DNA of 63,807 nt, filler included, from Parasitella parasitica NRRL 2501 (taxonomy: Eukaryota; Fungi; Mucoromycota): NCBI GenBank assembly GCA_025201805.1. It is 7 parts of 7 records of this genome, joined end to end, with 100 filler letters (N's around TTAATTAATTAA, not from the genome) between each part and the next. Parts side by side here need not be neighbours in the genome. Positions count along the whole stretch, not along the records: positions 13,755 to 38,836 come from MU619381.1; positions 38,937 to 54,929 come from MU619278.1; 5 more parts are not named here. One strand, given 5' to 3'. This document shows, in pieces, positions 29,214-42,383 of the stretch (position 1 is the first letter of the stretch; each line of letters begins with the position of its first letter). The translations under genes were made by a program, and so were the position numbers. Below the pieces are notes generated by a model. It searched no databases, was not told the origin of the DNA, and saw nothing but the letters and a program-made list of their open reading frames with translations.

Positions 29214-32200
29214 TTATCTTTGCTGCTGTTGCTGCTGTCCCCTGAGCATTGGTGACGGAGCCACAGCATCCATAGGAGGCGGGGGAGTTGCTGACTGTTG
29301 TGGAGCTTGATGCTGATGCTGTAGAGGAGGTCCTTGGAACTGCTGACGAGCACTATAGAAGCCAGCGCTTGTATTTGAGGAAGGAGGAGGAGGACCTTCC
29401 ATGCCTCTCAGTGGGGGTGGAGGGGTAGCGTTCTTCAGTGGTGGAGATACATGTTGCTGCAGAGACGCTGCAACATACGTTGAAGCGGGTGGAGCATTCG
29501 CAAAGGGAGTCGTTACTTTCTTGGTTGGTCCACCAGCTACTGGAGGTGCTTTCTTTTTGAGGCTAGCAAGCATTGGGGGATCATTCCATGCACCAGCAGC
29601 CTTTGGTGGTGGCGTGGTTTTATTAATAACAGGGACTGGAGCAACGGGTGGTGTATATTGAGGTTGAGCATACTGCTGTTGAGGAACATAAGCCTGAGGT
29701 TGTTGGCTGTATTGAGCAGTATTAGCCGCATAATAGTTTGTGGATTGAGCTGCAGGTGAGAATGGTTTTTCGGGTCGGTAGTTTTGATAGGCATTTACTT
29801 GTTGCGGCTGCAAATCGTAAGAGGTTTGTTGAGCTCCAGGTCCAGGTTTTTGCTGCTGCTGCTGCGCTTCTTGTTCGCCAGATATTAGCTTTTTTTCAAA
29901 GGGGAAGGAAGGTTCGACATAATGGCGAGCCTGGCTCGCATTTGCATGATACACCCTATCACGAACAACCGAGTCTTTGCTGATGCTAAATTTGTCCGCG
30001 GAGAAATTGGCAGGAGTCAAGTTTATGTATTTTAATGCAACATCAAGCCTGCCCTGAGTAGCCATGAACTCAGCGTATTCACAGTACTTGTTGTAAAGAG
30101 CAGCGAGCACATATGAATTGGCCACTGAATTTTTACCAGCGAGAGCGCCGTCGTTATAGTCGATCGCCTCACGGAAGATTGTAACCTTGTCAATCAATCC
30201 TTGCAGTCTAGCACCATAGGTAGTAGAATCTTTATCGACACCGTCCTGGCCTTCAAAATCGTTGATCCAAGCCTTGCAAACTTTTTGCAAATTGCCAGCA
30301 GCAAGATAAAAGAGGTTGGCATTTTTCCGCAGCTCATGGTCGCTTTGTTCTGAAAGACGGTCGCCCAAAACTTCACAAAGGGGCCCAAAGTCCTTGGACT
30401 CAGCAAATGTGCACAAAACCACTAGAATGGACGACCATTCGTCAACATCAACGTCTCTCACTACAGACGCCAAGTCTTCCTCCATGACGCCTTGCAAAAG
30501 ACGCAGATAAGCACACTTTTTTGATTGATGTGCAAAATATATCCTTTGTGTACGAGCCAATAAATCACTTCCGCCGCAGATTGCAAACAGCAAAGCGTCT
30601 GAGTATCTTTGAGACGCTAGACAGGCATTGACGGCAGACTCAAAGTCACCAAGCATAGTCGCACGAGTGATTAAACGATCAGTTTCGTTGCTGGTCTCGG
30701 GGTAAAGATTGAAAGGCCCACTGACAATGGCTTCTACGAGAGGCAAAGAAATGGCTCCAGAAGGGCCCGCTTCGGCAGCGCTTGATTGTTCAGCTGCAAC
30801 TTGGCCAAAGAACGAATCATCAACACCATCCGTCTCGGACTGTGCAAACAAGGTGGACGCAGTGTCGCCCGGAGAGATCTCAGTAGCCGAATCCACCATC
30901 TCCTCTGTCTCTACAGACGTACTGTCATGTTGCATTTCGGATCCACCTTGATTTGAAGAAGCTGTGACATCGGCAGCCTTCTTCTTTTCAAAAAGTTCAT
31001 TAGCAGCAGCAACAACTTGTTCTCGTTCAAACCCAAGATATCTGATCAGTTGCTCGCGAGCATTGTCAGAGAACAAAGCCTTCAACACTTGCCAGTCATT
31101 TTTATCTGCTCCAATTTGAATACGTTCTTCGATCAAAGCTTCGATGGCACTTTGTGATTTGGTAGCAGATTCCAACTGCTCTGAACGCTTCACAATCTCG
31201 GGATCAGTTTCAATAACTGTCACTTTGACGACAGAACGTGCCATATGGTGTGGAGGACTAACATTTTTTATAGGAGTTGCAGATGCAGTAGTAGCAGTAG
31301 CAGTGGGCTGCCATGATTTGTTGTTGAATATTACAAGCTTACCGCTGAATCCAAAGGAAGCACCTACTGGACGACGAAGCCATTTAGGGGGATGCTTGAG
31401 CTCCAAAGACTTCACAGGCAAAAGAGCTGTCTCGAGTGGGCCATCAAGCAATGGGGCAGCAGATACATTGTAGTTTTCTTGGCAACCTTGAATCGATGAT
31501 ACATCAATCTACGCAGAGCGTTAGCGAAAACTCCCTGGATAGTGTAACGTTGATATACTTACAGAGCCATCAAAAGACGCAGTTGCCAAGAGATCAGGGT
31601 TGCGAGGACACCACTTGGCAGCAAATGTCCACTTGGTATTGGTTGCCAGCTCGCCGTTCAGCTCGCCCGTATTGGGGTTCCAGCAAAGGGTCTTGCAGTC
31701 TCTTCCACTTGAGATCAACAAATCAGCGTCTTGTCTGCACCACGATATATCAAGGACCCCCTTGGCATGACCTGCTAATGTCTTTTCGGGTGAATGCGCA
31801 TGTCGAAGATCCCATAGTGAAATGATAGGGTGTTGGTCATCGTCCGATGCAGTAATAAGTTGAGTAGCCTATTCATATAAGGGTTAAACGGAAGCCTCTC
31901 TTTAAAAAAGCAAAAAATACCACTTACAACGTCGGGATGCCATGCAATAGCAGAAACCGACCTTCTTCCGCCTGTCAGCGTATTTTGTCCCGCATATGCC
32001 AGTGCCATCACTTCCTTTTTGTTGCGGAGATCCCATACCACTGTGTAACCGTTGGTGGATGCAGTAGATAAAATGTGCTGTACTTGACAATTCCATGCGA
32101 CGCTGCTGATATCATCCATCTTTGCAGAACGAGCACCCGGCGTATAAGGCGTATTAGGATTATTCAAATCCCAGATAAATATCTGTGTAAAAAATTGAGT

Positions 32201-32824
32201 CATCCCCCCCCCCTTCACATAATGCACCTGATGATGTTGTCCTTTACCTCACTGTTGCTGCCAGCGGAAGCCAGCAAGTTGTTTTGGAATACATTGAAAT
32301 CAAGAGTTTTTAATGTGCCAGTATGGGTCGACTTTTTAAGGATGCTAATGTCTTGGGTGCTGTTTCAAAGCGCATTAGCATTTTTGAGCAGCTACATGTC
32401 TACCTAAAAAAAAAAAAAAAGGTCTACAAACCTTTTGTCATCGAGGATGGCAGACGCATCAAACAGCTCAAGCTCTCCGTTCTCCATGCCACCAGCAATG
32501 ATACCGTGAGGTTTCTCGGCAGTAACATGTCCCCAAGCTAGAGTATTGAACCTATGCCAATCCCAAGATGATTAGACTAGACTGGCTGATATAACATTAT
32601 TTTCACCTGTATTGTTACCTGGAGCTGGTGCTAACTCTCTGGGCGGTTTCTAGGCTATTTGACTCGGGATTAAGGTCCAACTTGAAGATCTCTAGAGCAG
32701 ACGCGTTGGAGAAAGAATCATCCATAGTGCCAGCCAAAGTGCCAGTGGCAACCATGGGAATTTCATGTCCTGGATTCCAAGCGAATGTCGCAGTGCGACG
32801 AATGTTGTTCAATTTTCTTGTCAT
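29214..32824 (-). CDS. SEC31: COPII coat protein Sec31
   Basis: 'RTATFAW..ATGTLAGTMDDSFS', WD40 repeats, 'PPKWLRRPVGASFGFSGKL', ACE1 solenoid, and a Pro-rich 'GAWNDPP' region. Confidence 0.95.
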
Positions 32825-33617
32825 GTTGAAAGAAAAAAGCAAGTTGTACAAAAATCAAGAGGAACTCTCTTTTTATAATCAGCTGCTATGTATGATGCAG
32901 ATTTGGCAAAACAATGTCTAATGCTGCTAGTCATTTGAATAGAGCGGATGCTTTGCAAATAGATTGTCGGTGGCAAAGATTTTGCTGGTTCTGAGGGATC
33001 CCTGCCATCTATTTGTGTCGCTTGCAGTTTAAGCAGCCAAAATCATGCCTCGGTATACCTAAAGATTCGTTTTGTCTGTTAACGGTTGCCTCTTTTGTAT
33101 TTTGGCTTTATTCAAGTTGCTGTGTACGGATGCAAGTATAATGATCAAGTGTAAATAAATCAAAAAAAAAAATAGCAATAGCAATAGTAATTGCTTTCAA
33201 CAATCTGGCCAGCAGTTGTAGAGGATATGTCTTTTCGCCTCAATAATCTAGCAATATGCGCAAACAGCAGGCTTCAAGTGTTTATCACCGTAGCAAACAG
33301 AGATTTGACGGAGTAATGTATTCTATTGCATTGTTTCAAGTATCTTCTGGATACCCACTCGAGAGTATGGGTTAACAGATGTTCTAATGTACCTGAGCAT
33401 TTGGGATGTACCACAAACGCCCTATTTCAACTTCTTTCAGGGCACTTTATAGGAGCAATCGCTGCTCTCCACACGTCACCTAATGTGAGCAGTCTTTCTC
33501 TTCTTCTTTTTTTTCCTGTTTTCATTCAACACATTACAATAAGCTATTCGTCTTTTAAAACAGTGGTTCCTTCGTTTTTTCCCGTTAGAAACTATTTGAT
33601 TTGTGCTTATTTACAAT

Positions 33618-34364
33618 ATGGCTGGTAGTTATAAACAAGTACAGCTGATGGCCTTTGCTTAATTGCGTTTTTCCGCTAGGAAACAATTCTAAAAAGACTC
33701 CTGAAAGAAGAGATTCCTCAATGTATAAACAACAACAAAGAAAAAACTCGGCAGGTATTTTCAAATTATTTTAATCAAACGCTGATTTTCCTCAACGCTT
33801 GGAAATATTAGGCGGCACTGTAACAAAGAAAGATACGATAGCACATCCTAATACCAGCAATACCAAAATTCTCAATCCCAAAGCTCAACAGGCTGCAGGA
33901 GCGGCTATTTTATCGGCTGTTATTTCACCACAACCATCAGGCTTGGTCCAAGCGCAACCAGAATCCGTTGGTGCTAATGGATTTAATAGAGCAGAGCTTG
34001 TAGAGTTTTTAAATATGCGTAAATATACAATGCTTGATCGAATAAAGGACAGTTAATGACAATACATGCAATTTTTATTAGGTTATTCTGATGCATTGAC
34101 GGCTTATCACGATACCAATCTAGACCCCAAGATGAGACCTGAAAAATACGAAAGCGCTAAACCAACCATGGTATCGGCTTGGGGCAAAAACATCAATGGA
34201 GCGCCATCTGCTTGGGGTCAGCAATCTCAACATCAAATAAAAGGTAAATTCAGCATATAATGTGTGATTATGCAAAGAGTCATTTATTGTTCTTTTTAGA
34301 GACACCAAACGGCCTCATGGCAAATGGCCTTGATTTTCTAGGCGAATTAAATAAAAAGTTCTAA
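33618..34364 (+). CDS. Hypothetical multi-exon protein
   Basis: Consistent GT-AG exons: ...FNRAELVEFLNMR|YSDALTAYHD...RPEKYES...|ETPNGLMANGLDFLGELNKKF*. Confidence 0.7.
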
Positions 34365-34792
34365 TCCCATTCGAAATCCTTCACAACTCTGGACTTTTCA
34401 ACAATGTATCTCCCTTCTTTATACTTTTGCGGCTCATCTAGCGCTCTGAGATACTTCCAGCCGATCTTGATGTGGCATTGATTACAGATAATGTCTGCTA
34501 CTGTATGAATTCCTGTCCGTAGCATCCTCTCTTCTCTTGTACCTACGATTATATTACTGATAGCATCCACAAGATATGCAGGGCCGTTCTTATTTCAAAA
34601 GACAAATTGAGTTTTCTTTTACAACATTTCATATCATATTTATCGTATCTATCTTACTCGGCCCTGAAATTTCCTTGATATAATTGAGTTTTGGTCTATT
34701 AGGTGACAATGGCATGAATTACAAGAATAGATTTGCTTGGATGTCAGGTAGTTTCGATGCTTTTGCTTCTGACCGTCCATTCGTTTAAACAT
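34361..34792 (-). CDS. Yippee/Moh1 family Zn-binding protein
   Basis: 'YSCNSCHCHL..IISRKFQG', 'MLRTGIHTVADIICNQC..IGWKY..QKYKEGRY'. Confidence 0.93.
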
Positions 34793-35473
34793 GTTAAGAT
34801 TAAAAAGAGGAATGTAAAAAGAGAGCGAGGGAGACGTATATAAAATCAGATGAGAAAACAAATCATTCGCAAATATCCTTATATGGGTATACAGCAATGC
34901 CATGATACTGCACAGCTGGTAAAGCTTGTCTGTTTTAAAGAGAAATCAGTCTCTCGAATTCTTTATCAGATCGTCATTTAGGTCTAAATGAATGCTTACG
35001 AAAGTAGCAGTTGGTTACAGTTTCGTCTAGTAATCTCACTACTTAACCAAAGGGAACAAACGTCCTCATTTCTATAATCATCTACAGTACCTCTTCCGTC
35101 TTCAAAGAAGAAGTTGCTACTCATTTGGGTGCCATGGAACTAAAAGAATTTAGCTTGTTGAAAATAAAATTAGGGTGGTACCACTGTATAATGATTTCGG
35201 ATACCTGATCTGCAACCATAAATTATCGCAATATTCAAAAAAAGAAAAAAAAGAAACTGACACAAAGCACACCATAATAACCAAGATCAAAACATAACTG
35301 GCTATTTGCGCCGTAAGTATCCTCTATAATGTAACTATGAAAGACAGTAGTAAGGAGCAATTTTTCCGCATATGTATTGTGTTGAGAGATATTGGTATTC
35401 GAGTTCTATATCTTCAGGGCGAATCGCCTACTTTCACGAATGGTAGATTGTGGTAAACAAAGCCAGCACTTTT

Positions 35474-35708
35474 TGTTACATCAATAACATGCTATAGGTC
35501 TTGTAACCAGATCAAGGGGCTAAGGCTAATGTGCGTGGAGAAATCAGGGATTTACAGCGCATGCTCTATGTAGTAGACCTTAGTTACAGCCGTACATTAT
35601 GACGCTAGCGCATAATGTTGGTTTATATGAATACATCCAAAAGATGTATTTTTAATAAAAGTGTAACTCTTGGGTAGATTCATTTTACTGACTTATTTTG
35701 CCACAATA
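35474..35708 (+). repeat. Solo LTR related to the gypsy element at ~60.3 kb
   Basis: Starts TGTTACATCAATAACATG. Its 3' part (35583-35708) matches 60259-60384, which lies directly upstream of gag. Confidence 0.7.
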
Positions 35709-35744
35709 TTTTTGCTATCGCTGACAACTAGATTCCGTTGGATC

Positions 35745-36760
35745 ATGATGTGAAATACATTCACTATGATGATTTGCATTCCACTTCTAGATTCATCCAG
35801 TTACATTAAATGAATATAGACTACATCTGTGCACAGTTTTCAAGATGTACAATACACATTTATACTATATAAGATATAGGCTAGAGATGGCACTATTAGG
35901 ATGGATGACGCTATAGACTTATATTTATATCTCGACACGAGCCTTAGACATTTACTAGATTTAGTATATACTATGAGCTGATGCCATATAAGATCTATGC
36001 TTCAGATGCGTGTATTCCCAGTTTCTAGATACGCACTGCAAGGCATATAGTTATACCCATAATACTATCTACAGATACATTATGTACTATAGATTTGTAA
36101 AATACGTGCAATGTTATAGATATGTATAATATGACATGCTATAGACATGCTACATATACCGATATATGCTAAGATGAATAACAAGTGATATACACATAGA
36201 CATGTACAGTTAATATAGACTGAATATCACTATGCTAGAGATAATATACGCTTATAGATCAATATATTATTAATCTTTGTATGGAAGATTGATCAGGATA
36301 CCTCGGGTAAAGCCTATCTACTCACTCTGATAGTTTTAAGTTATCTTCAGTCTGCGGATATGGTTGTTGTATCCATATAAAGGCTACATATCGCATACCT
36401 ATCTTAGTCATAATGCACGGATCATGATATTAATTGTTGGTAATTCTTTTACAAATAAGGAATAAGCTACAAGTTGTAATTGGACCTCTTGCAAGGTTCC
36501 AGGCTTATTCAAAGAATACATCTAGATCAGATCGCGGGATGTCGGGAAGACATTCTACCCAATCTTCTCTTTAATGTAAAATAGAAAGATAGGTCTGTCC
36601 TGGAAATGCTGTGATTTAATAAGGTTTGACATTTCTTGTCAAACATCAGATGTTATGTGGATAAACATTGATTGGGATATATTTTAGTAAATAGAGATCA
36701 TATCTTATGTCAATAGAAGTCTTCAGTTTTGTATCTGGTTTTATTCAGAAAAGTCTTTAT
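35745..36760. repeat. Mosaic of dispersed TE/LTR-like fragments
   Basis: 35750-36055 matches 54625-54929. 36365-36520 is the reverse complement of 56480-56594 plus 57154-57195. Confidence 0.75.
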
Positions 36761-37464
36761 TACTTTATACAAATCATATTTACATAACATTACGCTGCGC
36801 CCTTTGACACTGGCACAAAAATGTTGGTTAGCACAAAGCTAAGATGCTAATTAATCAGAATTATCGTACATGTTAAATTGCGAGAGTAGAACTTTAATCC
36901 ATAGCTTAAGAATATAAAGGTTTATCTACCCGTCCGCAGTAGATGAACTGGAGCTTTACACACCTGTCAATTTGATAATAAGATACAATTTAATTCCTTC
37001 TTTATTTCGGAAATAGGATAACGTGCAAAGGTTAGATATTCTACTCTATTATTTACTGTATATTCGTTGTTGGAAAAAATGGTCTGTCTGTCACTTATGC
37101 CGTAACTGTTAGTCGGACCAAGTTCAAGTTTGTATTTTAATTTACATAATCAAGTAAGGTATTCTAATATGGATGTTTCTGACACATTTGTAAATGACAA
37201 ATGCATGGATCATTCCTTACATTGGTCTATGCGTACCAAATGTTTTGATTTGTGGTTTGATTTCTTTTGGTTGGTTCTTGGTTGATTGTGAATGCTTCGT
37301 GGATTCAAGGTTAGAAATTTAGGTCATCTGTTTGTTAGCTTGACTTAGAACCTCTAAAGGTAAATCCGTAAGGAATGATATTCAATTATTTTTTTCTGTG
37401 AAGTTCTATCACTTCAGCGCAAAGTTGACAATTATTGTTTTTTTATATAATTTTTTTCAGCGAA

Positions 37465-37883
37465 TGTTGGGTTAAAAAAGATAATAAAAACCATATGTTA
37501 ACGAGATACGAAGACTTCAAGATACTTTATTAAAGATCGAAATTGCATCTGCTATATTTATACTTTTTACAATTACATAAATTTATGGGGACTTATTTAG
37601 ATTACTAATTGACAAGACTAATTCACAGTGACAATCTACTTGACAGGATACGATATGAGGTTATACAACAAGGGCTACACGTCTTTGATCTGACAGACTT
37701 TTAACCTTTATCCTGGTGCTCAGATCTGTGTTACTTACAGGAATAACCTTCTTGATTTGAAACAGAGACTTTAGTCTCCAATTTACACAAGCGTATCACA
37801 TCACGTCATTGGACAATCTTCAATCTTCAATCTTCAATTGAAGTACATTGCCATGATCTCCTGTCTATAATTATGGCAGATCA
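37465..37883 (+). repeat. Solo-LTR-like repeat family A (TG...CA)
   Basis: TGTTGGG...GGCAGATCA, highly similar to 41266-41678. No clean TSD. Confidence 0.8.
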
Positions 37884-37899
37884 GGAACTCGGAAAGCGT

Positions 37900-40800
37900 G
37901 GTTCAGAAACAGTTATTGTACCAGAGCTAGTAGGATGTATAATTTTCTTGGACCCCAAATTCATATCTCAAAATGATTCTGAAGATTACCCCAAATTTGA
38001 AAACTGAAAACTGAATAGGGGGTGTGGCGTCCAAACATATAGCAAAATCTGAATAATGGTCAAAAATATTTGTGAATTGGATATGTTGTTATAAAAGAGT
38101 TCAAATGGAAAATATTTTGGCTGAAAGTTGTATCTTCATCGCTTAATAGTTTGTAGAGATAGCAGTAATTGCAAATTATGCGTTTAAGCGTGAGAAAGAA
38201 TTATATCTTTGAATTGGTGGTATGTACTTTTTTTATCCAAAATGAAGGTTTACATAAATGGTTTTTGAGTTCGTTTTATTATGTAGTATCCCGGCTATCG
38301 ATACATATTGAGACACACACAAGGTACCTATTAGAATCATGCTTTGCTCTTCAATTGAAAATAGGTGTTGCACTCATTTGTTGCAAAAAAAAAAAGCTGT
38401 AGATTGAATCTCAGCACTGTGTTTCCATTTGACCCAAACCAGTTTCGAGCTTTTTTCGCATAGTTCATTGCTATATATCTCAAAAAAATAATAAGTATAT
38501 CGAATATGCTTACTAAATGTTTTATGACATTTAATAGATTCTGCATCTAACCATATAGATTACAGGGATATAGAAACACTTTTTCTTATTACCAATTCTC
38601 AAATATTCAAAAAGCGCCTTTTTTGATAGTTTTTGAGTAAAATCAAACATATTTTGAGCATATTCAGCTCTATAAAATTAACCAAACAAACCACCATGTC
38701 AATACCTACACATAAATATCTTGTTTATAACTGTGGCTTTATTATTTCTGTCAAAAATCAAAATCTTGTCTCGACTAAAATGAATATACAATTTTCCAGT
38801 CCTATACTTAGAGGGCCAAAATGAAGCCATTCAAAANNNNNNNNNNNNNNNNNNNNNNNNNNNNNNNNNNNNNNNNNNNNTTAATTAATTAANNNNNNNN
38901 NNNNNNNNNNNNNNNNNNNNNNNNNNNNNNNNNNNNAAGAGTAAAATAGTAAAAGAGAATACAATGGATGCAAGAGCCAAGGGAGTAATTCAAAGAGCTT
39001 CAGAGACAAAAAAGCAAAGCAACAATAAGCAAGCAGAGACAATTACCAAAAAAGCAGACAAAACATTTCCGGGTTGTAAAAAAAAAGGTGCTCTAAATGG
39101 CTTTTTGTTTAGCATCTCCGTTGGAGATGCTCTTAATCGTAAATATCATCTATTTCCCCGCTTAAAGGCCTATAATGCAATCTCTGATATCTTTACAAAT
39201 CATTAAGCGATAGAGACACAAACTTCAGCCAAAATATTATTTTTTTACACCATTCTACAACGTATCCGAGTTTCATGCATCTCTGATCATTTTCAGATTT
39301 TACTATGTTTGGACCCCAAACCTCATATTCGATTTTCAGTTTTCAACTTTGGGTCGACCTTCAGGGTCATTTTCAGGTACGGATTTGGGGTCCAAGCCAA
39401 GTATACATCCAAGTACTGGTATGATAACTGTACATCACTACGTCTTTTGATTCTCGATATCTATCCTTGCTGTCGAGATATTGCCAAAACCAGATTTTGC
39501 AGATTTTGCAGATTTTACAGCATACGTTCCTATAACAAGCACCAAATTGTACAATTAAATCATGCTCAAGTTCCTAAGTAAAGTAATAAAACACGGTTTG
39601 ACACAACTACTGGTATTAAACATGTCGTATTCAAGCTCGAACTCGACAAGCTTCAGCCAATTTTGTCTTTTTACGGTAAATTTGGTCGGCCTGTTTCTCA
39701 ACAAACCACTAAGACACTTTGGCTTGAGTCATTATTAAAATCTTTTTGAAACTTAATTCTCTACTAGATGTATAAGTTTTTAGATAGAAATGTCGAAAGA
39801 AATATTTTTTCATATGTTTTTAGCAGAGGCTTGATTTATTTTTATAACTTTCAAAGCGAAAGAAAGTATTTAAAGATACATAATATAGCAATAAAAACAT
39901 AGAGCTACAAAATAGCTACGGAATGGTTTTTGTTTGGTTGAAAAATGTCAATTTTTGAGCGAGATAATGGCGAAAAACAGTATGGTTTTTTACCCTTTTG
40001 AATGGCTTCATTTTGGCCCTGTAAGTCTAGGGACGAAAAAATGTTGCTTGGTTTTGGTCGAGACAAAATTTTAATTTTTGGCAGAAATAATAAAGCTACA
40101 GTCATGAACAAAATATTGACGTGTAGATATTGACATGATGGTTTGTTTGGTCAAGTTTATAGAGTTGCAGATGCTCTAAATTTGCTTGATTTTACTCAAA
40201 AACTATCAAAAAGAGCGTTTTTTGATGATTTGAAAAATGGTAATAAAAAAAAGTGCTTATATAACCATGTAATTTATATGGTTAGATACAGAATTTATTG
40301 TTTGTTATAAAACAATTAGTTTGCATATCCGATTTACCTATTACGCTCTTGAGATATCTAGCAACGAACTATGCAAGATTTTTGCGATTCTGGTTTAGGC
40401 CAAATTGGCAAGCACTGCTGAGATTCAATCTACAGCTTATTTTGTTGCAGTGGATGAGTGGATAACTTGGGTATGTTTCAATACGAATCGATAGCCGTGA
40501 TACTGTATAATACGGACATAAAAACCATTTTTATACACCTTCATTTTTTGGACGGATCATATATCACCAAGTCAGAGATAGAACCCTTTTCCACGCTTAA
40601 AGACATAATTTGCAACTACTGACATTTTTAGAAACTATTAAGCGATGGAAACACAACTTTCCGCCAAAATATTTCCCCTTTAACTACTCAACAACTTATC
40701 CAATTCTCAAATATCTCTGACCATTATTCGGATTTGGCGATGTTTGTGAACCGGAAACCTCAGATTCAATTTTCGATATTCATTCTTGGGTCAACTTTCA

Positions 40801-40930
40801 GGGTCATTTTCATAAGTACGGATTTGGGATTCAAGACAAGTATACATCCTAGTACTGGTACAGTAACTGTATGTCACCAAGCTCTCCAAATGCCAATACC
40901 TATCTCAGTTGTCGAGATGCTGCCAAAGCA
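37900..40930. repeat. Non-coding long-unit repeat family in tandem and inverted copies
   Basis: 37900-38836 is a diverged reverse complement of ~39995-40880. 39155-39490 repeats directly at ~40590-40930 (period ~1.44 kb). Confidence 0.8.
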
Positions 40931-41265
40931 AGTTATGCGGATAATGATTGAGCAAAATATTTGAGTTCAGTATGAATATAGATATATCGTATCTTAAGTC
41001 TATAAAAGTCTGCGTTTGTCTTTTTGGAGTTTTATTCAGTAAATTTTTATCACTTCAAAGAAACACATTTGCACAACATTTCGCGCTGTGCATTTCATAT
41101 TGAGAAAACGGAGATGATCTTCTTCAATTTTTAAACAGAACACATTCACAATTTTACGAGAAGATGTTCTCTTAAAAAAGATTATATAATTGCAATGATC
41201 GCTTTTTGTCAAGCTCAAGTTCAGAAGCAACTCGATTCATGTCAATAGGGACAGTAATATACCTG

Positions 41266-41678
41266 TGTTGGGTCAAAAAAGATAATAAAAACCAAATGTT
41301 AACGGGATACGAAAACTTAAAGATACGTTATTTAAGATCGAAATTTCATCTGCTATTTATACTTTTTACAGCTACATAGATTTATGGTGACTTATTTAGA
41401 TTACTAATTGACAAGACTAATTCGCAGTGAAAATCTACTTGACAGGGTACGATATGAGTTTATACAACAAGGGCTACACGTCTTTGATCTGACAGTGCCT
41501 TAACCTTTATCCTGGTGCTCAGATCTGTGTTACCTACAGCAGGAATAACCTTCTTGATTTGAAACAGAGACTTTATCCTCCAATTTACACAAGCGTATCA
41601 CATCACATCATTGGACAATCTTCAATCTTCAATTGAAGTACATTGCCATGATCTCCTGTCTATAATTATGACAGATCA
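41266..41678 (+). repeat. Solo-LTR-like repeat family A (TG...CA)
   Basis: TGTTGGGTCAAAAAAG...GACAGATCA; matches 37465-37883. Confidence 0.8.
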
Positions 41679-42383
41679 ATTTCCAAACGCTTCCGTGTTA
41701 TCTGCTTTGCGATATCATCTCAGTTTACCACGTTAGAGTCCTTAATAGACTATCCAAAAGCAATTCAGTTTTATATTCAAAATTTAGGATTGTGTAAAGA
41801 GTATACCTTCTTCTGACTGTTGTGATGGCATAGTTTTCGCAAACCGAGCGCCAATACTGTTTGAAGTTTTTCCAGCTAAACAAGCATATTGTAATCCATC
41901 TTCAAAAAAAAAAAAATCTTTACATGAGTGAGAAGGAGGAATTCAGATAATCTGAAATTTTCAAGATTTGAAGCGTATTTTTCAATTAAAAAACCTTGGT
42001 GGTCGCCCTGAATAGCGGAGCGTCTCCTTGTCAAAGCAGATGGTCGCCATTTCGAATCCCGGTGTAGACTGTTGGAGTTGATGCTTTGATGGAGCACTAA
42101 TGTCCTGCCTGATGTTTGTTGCTAATCCACTATTTTCGTATGACCTTCGGCATGCCTGTCTTGGCTCTTAGCTCGGCTCCTTATGTAGCAGATTTCGATC
42201 CAAACTTTCATTAATTATCTCATAAATCAACTATCTAAATACATACTAAATCTTCATTTAAAATAACAAAAACATTGTCATACGCTACTATGAGCCTACA
42301 AAAAAAAAACAACCATTTATCAGACATAATGCACGAGTGCCAAAAACAAAAAAAAAAAAGTACATCAAAAAGGCGTGCTTGAA

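Noticed and set aside
29401-31825. Plus-strand ORFs antisense to SEC31 (and similar ones over ACS and TRAP1)
   Set aside because: Shadow ORFs of real coding strands, with no motifs.
37465-41678. Full-length LTR retrotransposon bounded by the two family-A repeats
   Set aside because: No matching TSD (GCGAA vs ATTTC), no gag/pol inside, and a linker gap in between.
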